Below, piece by piece: positions 1-8,930 of a stretch of DNA of 64,000 bases (its first letter is position 1; each line of letters begins with the position of its first letter). The notes under the pieces were generated by a model, which did no database searches, had not been told where the DNA came from, and was given only the letters and a program-made list of their open reading frames with translations. The position numbers and the translations under genes are program-made. The DNA lies in contig DATBRO010000268.1 in NCBI GenBank assembly GCA_036560265.1, forward strand, positions 8,508-72,507, read 5' to 3'. This stretch comes from Gemmatimonadaceae bacterium. GTDB lineage: Bacteria > Gemmatimonadota > Gemmatimonadetes > Gemmatimonadales > Gemmatimonadaceae.

Positions 1-1
1 G

Positions 2-148
2 TCGGGCCGAAACACGCAGGGCGTGCGTCTCGTGAACCTCGATGAGACGGACAAAGTGATCGACGTTGCGCGCGTTGTGCCGGACGACGAGGGCGAAGAG
101 GGGGAAGAGGCGCTCGAGCCGGTTGGGGCGGAGCCGGACGAAGAATAG
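2..148 (+). CDS. gyrA: DNA gyrase subunit A, C-terminal fragment (5' end outside window)
   Basis: Own translation of frame 2: SGRNTQGVRLVNLDETDKVIDVARVVPDDEGEEGEEALEPVGAEPDEE*. This has the GRNTQGV motif plus the acidic tail typical of GyrA C-termini. TAG at 146-148. Missing from the ORF track because no start lies in the window. Confidence 0.7.
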   Translation, partial: SGRNTQGVRLVNLDETDKVIDVARVVPDDEGEEGEEALEPVGAEPDEE

Positions 149-212
149 GTGGTAGGTGGTAGATGGTAGGTGGTGGTCCCTACCACCCACCACCTACGAG
201 CTACCACCTAGG
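146..212. repeat. Heptamer tandem repeat (TAGGTGG x4, one variant) plus its inverted copy, forming a hairpin between convergent genes
   Basis: The segment 146-173 reads TAGGTGG TAGGTGG TAGATGG TAGGTGG, followed by TGGT-ccc. The segment 181-210 reads taccacccaccacctacgagctaccaccta, the imperfect reverse complement. The gyrA stop (146-148) and the Nramp stop (208-210, minus strand) both lie inside the element. Confidence 0.85.
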
Positions 213-1401
213 ACCTCCAGAGCTTGGGCAGTTCACTGTAGACCGTGTACGCGCCCATGGCCGCCATGGCGGCCGCGACGAGGATGCCGCTCGCGATGAG
301 CCAAGCGGGATGACGGTATTCGCCCACGATCCGTGGCCGTCGTGACGCCGCGAGCATTGCGCCGAGCGAAAGCGGGAGAATCAGGGCATTCAGCGCCCCC
401 ACGGCCACGAGAACTTTCACGGGGCGGCCGACGATGAGAAACACGATCGTCGACACGACGATGAACGTGATCGTCACGGCTTTCCAGTGCTGCTCGATCG
501 GCCTGCTCAGCGAGCGAACGAACGAGACCGACGTGTACGCCGAACCGACGACTGAGGTGATCGCGGCGGCCCACATGACGATGCCGAAGACCCGGTAGCC
601 GACGGTGCCGGCGGCGCGCCGAAAGACGTCCGCGGAGGGATTCAGCGGATCGAGCGCGAAGCCGCGCGTGACGATCCCGAGCGCGCCGAGAAAGAGGACG
701 ATGCGCATGATCGACGCGACGCCGATCGCGAGCGACGCGGACCGCGTTACCGCCGGAACGTTCTCGCGGCCAATGATTCCGGCGTCGATCAATCGGTGCG
801 CGCCGGCGAACGTGATGTAGCCACCGACCGTGCCGCCGACGATCGTGACGATCGACAGGACATCGACGCGGCTGGGGAGCACCGTGGAGCGCAGCGCGGC
901 TCCGTACGGCGGATGCGACACGATCGCGACGTACAGCGCGAGCACGATCATGAGCACACCCAGAATTTGCGCGAAGCGATCCATCGCGCGCCCCGCTTCC
1001 GGTACGACGAACAGCGCTACGCCGATCACCGCGCTGAGCACCGCTCCGACGCGAGCATCCATGCCGAGGAGCGCCTGAAGCCCCAACGCGCATCCCGCGA
1101 TGTTGCCGATGTTGAACGCGAGCCCGCCGGTGGCGACGAGCACGGCGAGCACCCAACCCAGACCCGGTGCGACGTCGTTCGCGACATCCTGGGCGCGCCG
1201 CGCGCTCACGGTGAGCACACGCCAGATGTTGAGTTGCGCGACCAGGTCAACGACGATCGAAACGAGAATGGCAAATGCGAAGCTCGCGCCGAGCCGTTCG
1301 GTGAACACCGCGGTCTGCGTCAGGAACCCAGGTCCAATGGCGGACGTCGCCATCAAGAAGGCCGCGCCCACGAGCGTCGACCGCAGTGCTTTACCGTCCA
1401 T
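208..1401 (-). CDS. mntH: Nramp-family divalent metal (Mn2+/Fe2+) transporter
   Basis: 397 aa polytopic membrane protein. The N-terminus AIGPGFLTQTAVFT and overall layout resemble the Nramp/MntH family. ATG at 1399-1401. Confidence 0.8.
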   Translation of the reverse strand: MDGKALRSTLVGAAFLMATSAIGPGFLTQTAVFTERLGASFAFAILVSIVVDLVAQLNIWRVLTVSARRAQDVANDVAPGLGWVLAVLVATGGLAFNIGNIAGCALGLQALLGMDARVGAVLSAVIGVALFVVPEAGRAMDRFAQILGVLMIVLALYVAIVSHPPYGAALRSTVLPSRVDVLSIVTIVGGTVGGYITFAGAHRLIDAGIIGRENVPAVTRSASLAIGVASIMRIVLFLGALGIVTRGFALDPLNPSADVFRRAAGTVGYRVFGIVMWAAAITSVVGSAYTSVSFVRSLSRPIEQHWKAVTITFIVVSTIVFLIVGRPVKVLVAVGALNALILPLSLGAMLAASRRPRIVGEYRHPAWLIASGILVAAAMAAMGAYTVYSELPKLWRS

Positions 1402-1453
1402 GGCGCAAATGATACTTTAGGCCACCTTCGCGTCCATCCACGCGCCGAGCGAT

Positions 1454-2731
1454 GTGATGACCACTCCTGCCTCCGCCCGTCAGCAGTCTCCGCCGTCGGT
1501 CTTTACGCCGTTGACGGAAGTTTCTCCAGAAGCCGCGCACGAACCATCGCCGGAGGCGCGCGACGCGCTGCGGCGCGACCAGTCGGAGCTGCAGCGCGAA
1601 GTGATTCTCTGGCAGCGGTGGGTGCGGTACCTCGCCGTCCTCGTGCTGTGTGCCGCAGCGGTGATGCTGAGCGGACGACGCGAGGAGCTCGCCCGACTCC
1701 CGCTGCTCATCGTTGCGGTCGGTTACGTCGCGTGTGTGTTCCTCAGCGGATACGCGGTGCGGCACGCGCCGGCGCTGACGACGGCCCAGTGGCTTCCCGC
1801 AGTGCTCGTGACAGCCGATCTCATCACGATCGGAACGATCATTTTCATCACCTCGCCGCCGCTGCTGAGCTATCGCTTTCTCATTCTCGCCTTGCTCTCG
1901 GTTCAGTTTGCGGCCTTCTACTTCGGATGGGGACTCGGCGTGTACGCGACGCTCCTGTCCGCCGGGATCTACGTGCTGCTTGCGCACGTTGTGCCGCCAC
2001 TCGTTCCGGGGCCGCGGCCGCACGGAATACTCAATGTGGCGCTCTTCGGCGTCGTCGCGGCGGTGCTCACCTACACGTTCGGCAGCTTCCGCGCGCGCAT
2101 GAACCAACTGCGACTCTTCTGCAAGGTGATCGAAGAGGGCGATCTGACGAGCGCTCTCGATCTCACCGGCGCGAAGTATCCCGACGATCTCACATTGCTG
2201 GCACGCAGCTTCGACGCCATGCGCAACGGTCTCGCGGAACAGATCGGGACCGATCCGCTCACCGGCTGCCTCAATCGGCGGGCCCTCGAGGCGCGTCTCA
2301 AGGCGGATTGGCGCCTCGCCAAACGGCGTGGCACGCACATCGCGCTCGCGGCAATCGACCTCGATCGTTTCAAGCAGATCAACGACACGCGCGGCCATCC
2401 TGTCGGTGACATCGTGCTCCAGCAGCTCGCGGGCATCATGAAGGGAACGGCGCGCGATACCGACGCGGTGGCGCGTTTCGGCGGCGACGAGTTCGTCATT
2501 CTTCTCCCGGACACCGGTTGGCAAGGCGCGCTCACCTTCGCGGAACGCCTCCGCCGGCGCGTCGACGACTTCACGTTCGGGCCTCCGGGCTCACCGATGA
2601 CGATCACGATCTCGGTGGGAGTCGCTCTCGCCCGTGGCACTGACCCGATCTCGCCGGAAGAGCTGTTGAAAGAGGCGGACCGATCGCTGTACAAGGCGAA
2701 GCAGCAGGGGCGCAATCGGGTCTTCGCGTAA
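1454..2731 (+). CDS. Membrane-anchored diguanylate cyclase (GGDEF domain)
   Basis: Several N-terminal TM helices, then RFGGDEFVILLP with an RDTD I-site five residues upstream. GTG at 1454 is followed immediately by ATG at 1457. Confidence 0.85.
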   Translation: MMTTPASARQQSPPSVFTPLTEVSPEAAHEPSPEARDALRRDQSELQREVILWQRWVRYLAVLVLCAAAVMLSGRREELARLPLLIVAVGYVACVFLSGYAVRHAPALTTAQWLPAVLVTADLITIGTIIFITSPPLLSYRFLILALLSVQFAAFYFGWGLGVYATLLSAGIYVLLAHVVPPLVPGPRPHGILNVALFGVVAAVLTYTFGSFRARMNQLRLFCKVIEEGDLTSALDLTGAKYPDDLTLLARSFDAMRNGLAEQIGTDPLTGCLNRRALEARLKADWRLAKRRGTHIALAAIDLDRFKQINDTRGHPVGDIVLQQLAGIMKGTARDTDAVARFGGDEFVILLPDTGWQGALTFAERLRRRVDDFTFGPPGSPMTITISVGVALARGTDPISPEELLKEADRSLYKAKQQGRNRVFA

Positions 2732-2744
2732 GTAGTTTCCCTGA

Positions 2745-3701
2745 GTGACTGCCACGGCTTCTGATCTCGTTACCGCCGCTGATATCGAGTCGGCCGCGCG
2801 TACGCTCGACGGAGTCACGGTCCGCACGCCACTTCTGCCCGCGCCTTTTCTTGGCGACGGCATCTGGCTCAAGCCCGAGATGCTGCAACGCGGCGGCGCG
2901 TTCAAACTGCGCGGCGCGTACAACTTTCTCAGCCGCCTTGCCCCAAGCGTGCGGGCTCGTGGCGTCGTAGCACCTTCATCGGGCAATCACGCGCAGGCCG
3001 TCGCGCTCGCCGCGAAACTGCTCGGCGCGCCATCCATCGTCGTGATGCCCACGACCGTGACGGCGGCGAAGCGCGCCGGCGCCGAGCGGCTGGGTGCTCG
3101 AGTCGAGCTGGCGGGCACGACGACGGCCGATCGCATGCAGCGCGCGCTCGAGATCGTGCGCAAAGAGGGCGCGACGCTCGTCCCGCCATACGACGACCCG
3201 CTGATCATTGCCGGCCAGGGAACGGTTGGCCTCGAGATCGTGCAAGACCTTCCCGACGTCGCGACGGTCCTCGTGCCGGTCGGCGGCGGCGGCCTGAGCG
3301 CGGGAGTTGCGGCGGCCGTGAAGCTGCGCCGCCCGAAGGCCCGTGTCATTGGCGTCGAGCCGGCCGGCGCGCCGAAACTTTCCCGCGCCCGCGAGGCCGG
3401 GACGCCGGTGAGGCTCGATCGCACCTCCAGCATCGCCGACGGTCTCCTCGCGGTGGAGATCGGGCATCTGACCTTTGCGCATCATCAGCGGTACATCGAC
3501 GATGTCGTGCTGGTCGACGACGCCGCGATGCGCCGCGCGATGCGCGCGCTTCTCGATCGGGCGAAGCTGGTCTCGGAGCCCAGCGGTGCGATCACGGTCG
3601 CGGCGGTGATGGAGCGCGCGGTACAAGTGTCCACGCCGGCCGTGCTCGTACTGAGCGGCGGCAACATCGAATGGGACGGCCTGTCAGCAACGATGGGATG
3701 A
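2745..3701 (+). CDS. PLP-dependent threonine/serine dehydratase (short, no ACT regulatory domain)
   Basis: FKLRGAYNF (PLP lysine) and SSGNHAQAVA motifs; 318 aa; GTG start at 2745. Confidence 0.85.
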   Translation: MTATASDLVTAADIESAARTLDGVTVRTPLLPAPFLGDGIWLKPEMLQRGGAFKLRGAYNFLSRLAPSVRARGVVAPSSGNHAQAVALAAKLLGAPSIVVMPTTVTAAKRAGAERLGARVELAGTTTADRMQRALEIVRKEGATLVPPYDDPLIIAGQGTVGLEIVQDLPDVATVLVPVGGGGLSAGVAAAVKLRRPKARVIGVEPAGAPKLSRAREAGTPVRLDRTSSIADGLLAVEIGHLTFAHHQRYIDDVVLVDDAAMRRAMRALLDRAKLVSEPSGAITVAAVMERAVQVSTPAVLVLSGGNIEWDGLSATMG

Positions 3702-5170
3702 CCGCGCTCGCACACGTCGTCGTCGCGGACGACGATCCCCGTGAATCGGGAGTGCTCTCATGGCTGCTGCGAGAGCGCGGCTACGACGTGTCCACGGTGA
3801 ACGCTGGTGAGGCGTTGATCGAGGTGTTGCGCACGAGCTCTCCCGACCTCGTTTTGCTCGATGCCAACGGCCGCGCGGGGTCGATCGACGACACGCTCCG
3901 AAGGGTGCGATCGGCGGAGGGAGGCCGGGACGTCCCCGTGATCGTCGCGGGGGTCTCGCACGCCAACGACGCGGCGGCCGTACTGCTGCAAGGCGCCGAT
4001 GACTGGCTCCCGAAGCCGCTGCGCGTGGCCGAGCTCCTCGCGCGAATCGGAGCACAGCTTCGCGCTCGCGCCGAAGTGCGTCTGATGCGCGAAGTGATCC
4101 TGAGCCGGGAAGAGGAACTGCAGCGCGCGCAGGACGACATCGCGACGACGCGCCAGCTGGTCGAAATCCTGAACGAAGTGACGGCGGAGCTGACCGCCGC
4201 CGAGATCTATCGCGTCCTCGCGCGCCGCGTCGCGCGCGCGCTCGACCTGCGGCATTGCTCGGTAGTCCTCGCATCGTCCGGCGACGCCACAGGCACCGTC
4301 GTCGCGACGTATGACGATCCGTCGATAACGGATCTCCAGGTGCAGATCGCCCGCTACCCGGAATTGATGAACGCGCTCCGAACGGGACGCGCGGTGCTGG
4401 TGGCGGACGTCCTCCAGGATCCGATGTTCTCGGAAGTCCGCGAGCTCTGGAAGCGCGAAGGGCGGACGGCGCCCGTCCGTTCGGTGCTCGCGATTCCGTT
4501 CGCGCTCGACCGCCGACGCGCGGGCGTCTTCTTTCTTCGCACCGAGCGCGGCGAGCGCTCGCTCAGCGCGGACGACGCGGATTTCGCGGAGGTCGTGATT
4601 CGTGCCGCGGTGGCCGCCATTCGACGCGCCCAGGCGCTGGAATCGACGCGCGCGGACAACCGGCGTCTCGAGGAGCTCGCGACGACTGACGCCCTCACGA
4701 GACTATTGAACCGACGCGCGCTGCTGGAGCGCCTCAGCGTCGAGGTCGATCGCGCGCGGCGATTCAAGCAGCAGCTCTCGCTGTTGATGGTGGACCTCGA
4801 TCACTTCAAGTCCGTCAACGATCAGCACGGGCATTTGGTCGGCGACGATATTTTGCGACAGATGGGAACGCTCCTCGCCGGCGCGGTGCGCACCATCGAC
4901 GTCGTGGCCCGCTATGGCGGAGAGGAGTTCGTCCTCATCCTACCGGAGACGTCGATCGAAGGTGCCGCTGTCTTCGGGGAGCGTCTGCGGGAGCGGGTCA
5001 ACGAGCATCCGTTCGATCTCGGCGGCGAGCGCAGTCTCCATTTGACGTGCAGCGTGGGCGTTGCCACTTTTCCCTCTCCTCGGGTGGCCTCGACCGAAGA
5101 TCTATTCGCCCGTGCGGACGAAGCCCTCTACCGAGCCAAATCCGGCGGCCGCAACCAAGTGTGCACCTGA
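3698..5170 (+). CDS. Response-regulator receiver - GAF - GGDEF diguanylate cyclase
   Basis: HVVVADDDP...DLVLLD receiver, central GAF-like region, C-terminal RYGGEEFVLILP with an RTID I-site. The ATG at 3698 overlaps the dehydratase stop (ATGA, 3698-3701). Confidence 0.85.
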   Translation: MTALAHVVVADDDPRESGVLSWLLRERGYDVSTVNAGEALIEVLRTSSPDLVLLDANGRAGSIDDTLRRVRSAEGGRDVPVIVAGVSHANDAAAVLLQGADDWLPKPLRVAELLARIGAQLRARAEVRLMREVILSREEELQRAQDDIATTRQLVEILNEVTAELTAAEIYRVLARRVARALDLRHCSVVLASSGDATGTVVATYDDPSITDLQVQIARYPELMNALRTGRAVLVADVLQDPMFSEVRELWKREGRTAPVRSVLAIPFALDRRRAGVFFLRTERGERSLSADDADFAEVVIRAAVAAIRRAQALESTRADNRRLEELATTDALTRLLNRRALLERLSVEVDRARRFKQQLSLLMVDLDHFKSVNDQHGHLVGDDILRQMGTLLAGAVRTIDVVARYGGEEFVLILPETSIEGAAVFGERLRERVNEHPFDLGGERSLHLTCSVGVATFPSPRVASTEDLFARADEALYRAKSGGRNQVCT

Positions 5171-6249
5171 TGAATCGCTGTCCAAAGTGCGGCACGGAGT
5201 ACCCCGACGATGCCAAATTCTGCACGAAAGACGGCTCGCGGTTGCTGGCCAAGGGCGACGCACCTGGTGCGGCCTCTCCGCTAGCGGTCAGCGGGCCACG
5301 GGCGACCGCCGGGCCGAGTCGCGGCGAGCCCAAGCCCGCGCCGGGCTACACGAATCTCGTGGGGCAGACGCTCGACAAGCGCTACAAAATCGAGCGCAAG
5401 CTCGGCGAAGGCGGCATGTCGTTCGTCTATCTTGCCACCGACATCGCGACGCAGGCCCAGTTCGCGATCAAGGTCCTGTCGGAAGCACTATCCCAGGATG
5501 CCAATGCCATGGCGCGGCTGCGCCGGGAGGCCGCGCTGGGCATGCGACTCGCGCATCCGAACGTATGTCACATCATGCGGCTGGGCGAGACGGAGGATCG
5601 TCTCGTCTACGTCGTCATGCCGTACGTGAATGGCGAGATTCTCGCCGACCGCAATAACCGGCTGGGGCACATCCCGCTGGCCGATACCGTGAAATTCGTG
5701 AAGGACATGTCCGCCGGCCTCTTCGTCGCCCACGAGCTGAATATTCTGCATCGCGACCTGAAGCCCGAGAACGTGATGATTTGCCGCGCCGCCGACGGAA
5801 CGGAGCACGCCGTGGTCATGGACTTCGGACTCGCGAAGCAGCGCAAAGCGGAGGGCGAGCTCCAAAAGCTCACCGCCACCGGGATCATCCTGGGAACGCC
5901 GGAATTCATGAGCCCCGAGCAGCTCCGCGGCAAGCCACTCGATCCGCGCACCGACATCTACTCGCTCGCGCTCATGACATACGAGATGCTCACGGGCAAG
6001 CTGCCCTTCCAGGGACGCACGCAGCAGGAAATGATGATCGCCCGGCTCCGTAGCGATCCGGTGCCGATCCGCCGCATGCGTCCGGATTTCGATATTCCCG
6101 AGGCTGTGGAGAAGGTCCTCGCGAAAGCCATGCAGAGAAACCCGGACGATCGTTACCAAACGGTGGTCGAATTCGGCGACGCGCTCGCGACGGCCGCGGG
6201 CGGCGTTCCGGCGGAGAGCGGATTGCTCGGCAAGCTTTTCGGGCGCTAG
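5170..6249 (+). CDS. Ser/Thr protein kinase with N-terminal zinc-ribbon
   Basis: MNRCPKCGTEYPDDAKFCTKDG zinc ribbon; Hanks motifs HRDLKPEN, DFGLA, GTPEFMSPE. The ATG at 5170 shares one base with the upstream TGA (5168-5170). Confidence 0.85.
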   Translation: MNRCPKCGTEYPDDAKFCTKDGSRLLAKGDAPGAASPLAVSGPRATAGPSRGEPKPAPGYTNLVGQTLDKRYKIERKLGEGGMSFVYLATDIATQAQFAIKVLSEALSQDANAMARLRREAALGMRLAHPNVCHIMRLGETEDRLVYVVMPYVNGEILADRNNRLGHIPLADTVKFVKDMSAGLFVAHELNILHRDLKPENVMICRAADGTEHAVVMDFGLAKQRKAEGELQKLTATGIILGTPEFMSPEQLRGKPLDPRTDIYSLALMTYEMLTGKLPFQGRTQQEMMIARLRSDPVPIRRMRPDFDIPEAVEKVLAKAMQRNPDDRYQTVVEFGDALATAAGGVPAESGLLGKLFGR

Positions 6250-6286
6250 AGGAACACCGGGGCAATCGCGGTTTAGGTTTTGGAGT

Positions 6287-7417
6287 ATGCGACGGATTCT
6301 GTTGGCGCTGAGCGTCGTCACCGCGGCGTGCGGCAACGCCGCGACCGGAGAGCCAAGCAGTGGCGACACCACACGTGTCGATGCGCTCGGCGGGTTATTG
6401 CGGGTGCCGGCCGGGTTCAAGGTGGACTATTTCGCGCGCAATGTCTCGGAAGCGCGCTTCATGGCGCTGGCGCCCGACGGTGCGGTCTACGTCTCGCAAC
6501 CTCCGAGCGGTACCGTGCTTCGCCTCGTCGATCAGAACGGCGACGGCGTCGCCGAGAGCCGAGTCGTTGCGGTCAGCGGGCTGACGTACCCGCACGGACT
6601 CGCCTTCCACAAGGGTTTTCTCTACGTCGCGAACACAGATGGCGTCGTGCGCGTTCAGCTCGGGGCAGACGGGCGCTCGAGCGGCACTCCGCAATACGTC
6701 AATCATTACAGCGCCTACGGAGGGCACTCGACGCGCACCATCGTCTTCGGCGCGGACAGCGCCATGTATGTGTCGATCGGATCGACGTGCAACCTCTGCG
6801 TCGAGACGGCGGTCGGACGCGCGGGCGTGATGCGCTTCAACGAAGACGGCAGCGGTGGCCGCGTCTACGCAACCGGCCTGCGCAACGCGGTCGGAGTCGC
6901 CGTGCACGCGCCGACCGGTAAGCTGTGGGTCGTCACGAACGAGCGGGACAACCTGACGCCCGATCACGAGAATCTTCCGCCGGAGGAGATCGACGTCCTT
7001 CAGGATGGCGGCGACTACGGATGGCCGTACTGCCACTCGGCGCGCATCCCCAATCCCGAGTACAATGACGCGGCGCGCTGCGCGCAGACGATCGTGCCCG
7101 CGCTCGGCATGCAAGCTCACTCGGCTCCGCTCGGGATCACCTTCCTGGAACGCGCGACGAATTTTCCCGACGACTATCGAGCGGATGCCGTCGTCGCGTT
7201 TCACGGATCGTGGAACCGATCGCACCCCACCGGCACGAAAGTCGTGCGCGTCCGGGTCGAGAACGGCTCGCCGCAACGCGTGGAGGACTTCGTGACGGGC
7301 TGGCAGCGCACGGATGGAAGCCGGTGGGGGCGGCCCGTCGACGTGCTCGTATACCGCGACGGCTCGCTGTTGGTGTCGGACGACGCCAGCGGCACGATCT
7401 ATCGGGTATATCGCTGA
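6287..7417 (+). CDS. PQQ-dependent sugar (sorbosone/glucose) dehydrogenase-like beta-propeller lipoprotein
   Basis: Lipobox VVTAAC. DGGDYGWPYCH and the overall pattern fit the sorbosone dehydrogenase family. GGAG lies upstream of the ATG at 6287. Confidence 0.7.
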   Translation: MRRILLALSVVTAACGNAATGEPSSGDTTRVDALGGLLRVPAGFKVDYFARNVSEARFMALAPDGAVYVSQPPSGTVLRLVDQNGDGVAESRVVAVSGLTYPHGLAFHKGFLYVANTDGVVRVQLGADGRSSGTPQYVNHYSAYGGHSTRTIVFGADSAMYVSIGSTCNLCVETAVGRAGVMRFNEDGSGGRVYATGLRNAVGVAVHAPTGKLWVVTNERDNLTPDHENLPPEEIDVLQDGGDYGWPYCHSARIPNPEYNDAARCAQTIVPALGMQAHSAPLGITFLERATNFPDDYRADAVVAFHGSWNRSHPTGTKVVRVRVENGSPQRVEDFVTGWQRTDGSRWGRPVDVLVYRDGSLLVSDDASGTIYRVYR

Positions 7418-7422
7418 CCGCA

Positions 7423-8355
7423 GTGACCGGGAAAGCCGTTTTTGTGGCGCTGGCAATGGGGTTGTGCGTCCGTCCGGCGTGGGGACAGTGGGGTGAGTGG
7501 GCCGCCGATTCGCTCCTGGCGATGGGACGGCTCGCGTCGGCGGAATCCGCTTATTACGCGGCGGCGAGGGCGCGTCCTCGCGATCCCGTCGCGCGCACCG
7601 CGCTCGGCAAATTTCTGGCGGCTCGAGGCGGAACGCGAGTCGGCGCCGTTCTGCTCGAGGAAGCACGATTCTTCGGTGGCGACTCGATCGCGCTCGCGCG
7701 CGCGCTCGTGCCCCTCTACGAACGACTCGGCGACTTTGCCGCCATCGATTCGCTGCGGCCGAACGTCCTGACGCCGTCGGAGCGAAGGAGGGCCCGTTGG
7801 CTCACGGAGCGCCCCCCACAAGCATCGTTTCGAGATACCATCGTTCTCCTGAGCTATCGTCCGATCGCCGATGGGCAGGGGCTCGGCACCCTGTTACTGC
7901 GTCTGGGAAAAACCCAACTGCCGGCCGTGATCGATCCTCGAGCGACAGGACTCGTCGTTCCGGCCGCCGTACGGCGCGAGCTTCGCACCTTCGGAAATGA
8001 GCGGGGCAGCACCGTCGCGGTGGCGGACGCGTTGCGAATCGGCGGCATCGTCTTCTCCAATGTTCCTGCGACGATCGGGGCGCCGGACGACAAAGTACGG
8101 ATCGGATTCGACGTTCTGTCGCCCTACGCGCCATCCTTCGATCCGAGGCGCGGCGTCCTGGTGCTGCGCCGCGTAACCAGGCGCTCGCAACCGCAGCCCG
8201 GGCTGCGCGTCCCAGCGCTCTTTGACCGCAACGGCGTGCGGCTACTCATCGGCGAACATTGGCAGCCCACCACTGCTTCCATGCCGGCGATGCTGCTCGC
8301 CACGCGCGCGTGGATGTGGGACGGAAAGTATGGAGATATTGTCCTGCTGCCGTAG
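7423..8355 (+). CDS. Secreted hypothetical protein
   Basis: The in-frame GTG at 7423 sits just after the upstream stop and gives a signal-peptide-like VTGKAVFVALAMGLCVRPAWGQ. The earlier part of the track ORF (7210-) overlaps the dehydrogenase gene. No family recognised. Confidence 0.5.
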   Translation: MTGKAVFVALAMGLCVRPAWGQWGEWAADSLLAMGRLASAESAYYAAARARPRDPVARTALGKFLAARGGTRVGAVLLEEARFFGGDSIALARALVPLYERLGDFAAIDSLRPNVLTPSERRRARWLTERPPQASFRDTIVLLSYRPIADGQGLGTLLLRLGKTQLPAVIDPRATGLVVPAAVRRELRTFGNERGSTVAVADALRIGGIVFSNVPATIGAPDDKVRIGFDVLSPYAPSFDPRRGVLVLRRVTRRSQPQPGLRVPALFDRNGVRLLIGEHWQPTTASMPAMLLATRAWMWDGKYGDIVLLP

Positions 8356-8369
8356 TGTGTTGAAGCGTC

Positions 8370-8430
8370 ACGCATCACGCGTCACCACGAGTCACGAGTC
8401 ATGCATCAGCACGAGTCATGCGTGATGCGT
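8370..8430. terminator. Hairpin between convergent genes (stem acgcatcacgc / gcgtgatgcgt) enclosing CACGAGT heptamer repeats
   Basis: The 11-nt arms at 8370-8380 and 8420-8430 are exact reverse complements. The loop contains cacgagt cacgagt ... cacgagt. No U-tract is present. Confidence 0.45.
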
Positions 8431-8449
8431 CAGTCACTCGGCTCCTTGT

Positions 8450-8899
8450 TCAACGAAGGTGTTGCATCTCCACCATGAGGCACCGGTCCTGAATCACGTC
8501 GATGCCCGCGCGCGCCAGCCGCTCGGCCGACTCTTCATTGCGGATTCCAAGTTGGAACCAGACGGACTTCGGATGCTTGCTGATGATGTCATCGACGTGT
8601 GGGGGAATGTCTCGGGGTCGCCGAAAGACGTTCACCATGTCGACATCGCCCGGAATGTCAGCTAGCCGGCGGTACACGCGCTCTCCAAGAATCTCGGTCG
8701 CGTCGGGGTAGTAGACGGGAACGGGCACGATCTCGAGTCCCACACGTTTCGCGTACGCCGCCACGTAGTACGCCGGCTGCCCCGATTCCACCTTGATGCC
8801 GAGTACGGCGATGCGACGCGTGTCATGAAGGACGCGACGGATTCCCTCGTCGTCCTCGATGAGATGAGACCGCCAATCCGTGGCTGTGGGCGTGGTCAT
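8450..8899 (-). CDS. CoA-binding domain protein (YccU/YneT-like)
   Basis: RRIAVLGIKVESGQPAYYVAAY...VNVFRRPRDIPPHV...VWFQLGIRNEE is the CoA_binding_2 pattern. I prefer the internal ATG at 8897-8899 (MTTPTATDW) over the track start at 9025. Confidence 0.75.
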   Translation of the reverse strand: MTTPTATDWRSHLIEDDEGIRRVLHDTRRIAVLGIKVESGQPAYYVAAYAKRVGLEIVPVPVYYPDATEILGERVYRRLADIPGDVDMVNVFRRPRDIPPHVDDIISKHPKSVWFQLGIRNEESAERLARAGIDVIQDRCLMVEMQHLR

Positions 8900-8930
8900 G
8901 CTCCAGGGCTCTGCGAGGATCGTGCTCGAC

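Noticed and set aside
163-345. 60-aa ORF MVGGGPYHPPPTSYHL... starting in the heptamer hairpin.
   Set aside because: It is produced by reading through the repeat element and then antisense into the 3' end of the Nramp gene. There is no independent support for it.
1402-1453. Possible Mn-responsive (yybP-ykoY) riboswitch upstream of the Nramp gene.
   Set aside because: The divergent spacer is only 52 nt, too short for that riboswitch.
2198-2214. CTGGCACGCAGCTTCGA, a sigma-54-like -24 element.
   Set aside because: It lies inside the GGDEF coding sequence. The -12 position reads TTCG rather than TTGC, and no gene start follows.
796-2409. Very long ORFs in the track. Examples: 796-2409, 1391-2524, 6395-7666, 11853-13508, 13096-14526, 19902-21761, 24706-26283, 25352-27580, 30961-32202, 51557-53941, 59713-60936.
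   Set aside because: Each lies antisense to, or out of frame with, a gene carrying unmistakable family motifs (Nramp, GGDEF, oxidase subunits, aspartase, leuS and others). Their translations are Arg/His/Asp/Gly-rich low-complexity strings with no motifs. This is the expected shadow-ORF artefact of high-GC DNA, where stop codons are rare off-frame.
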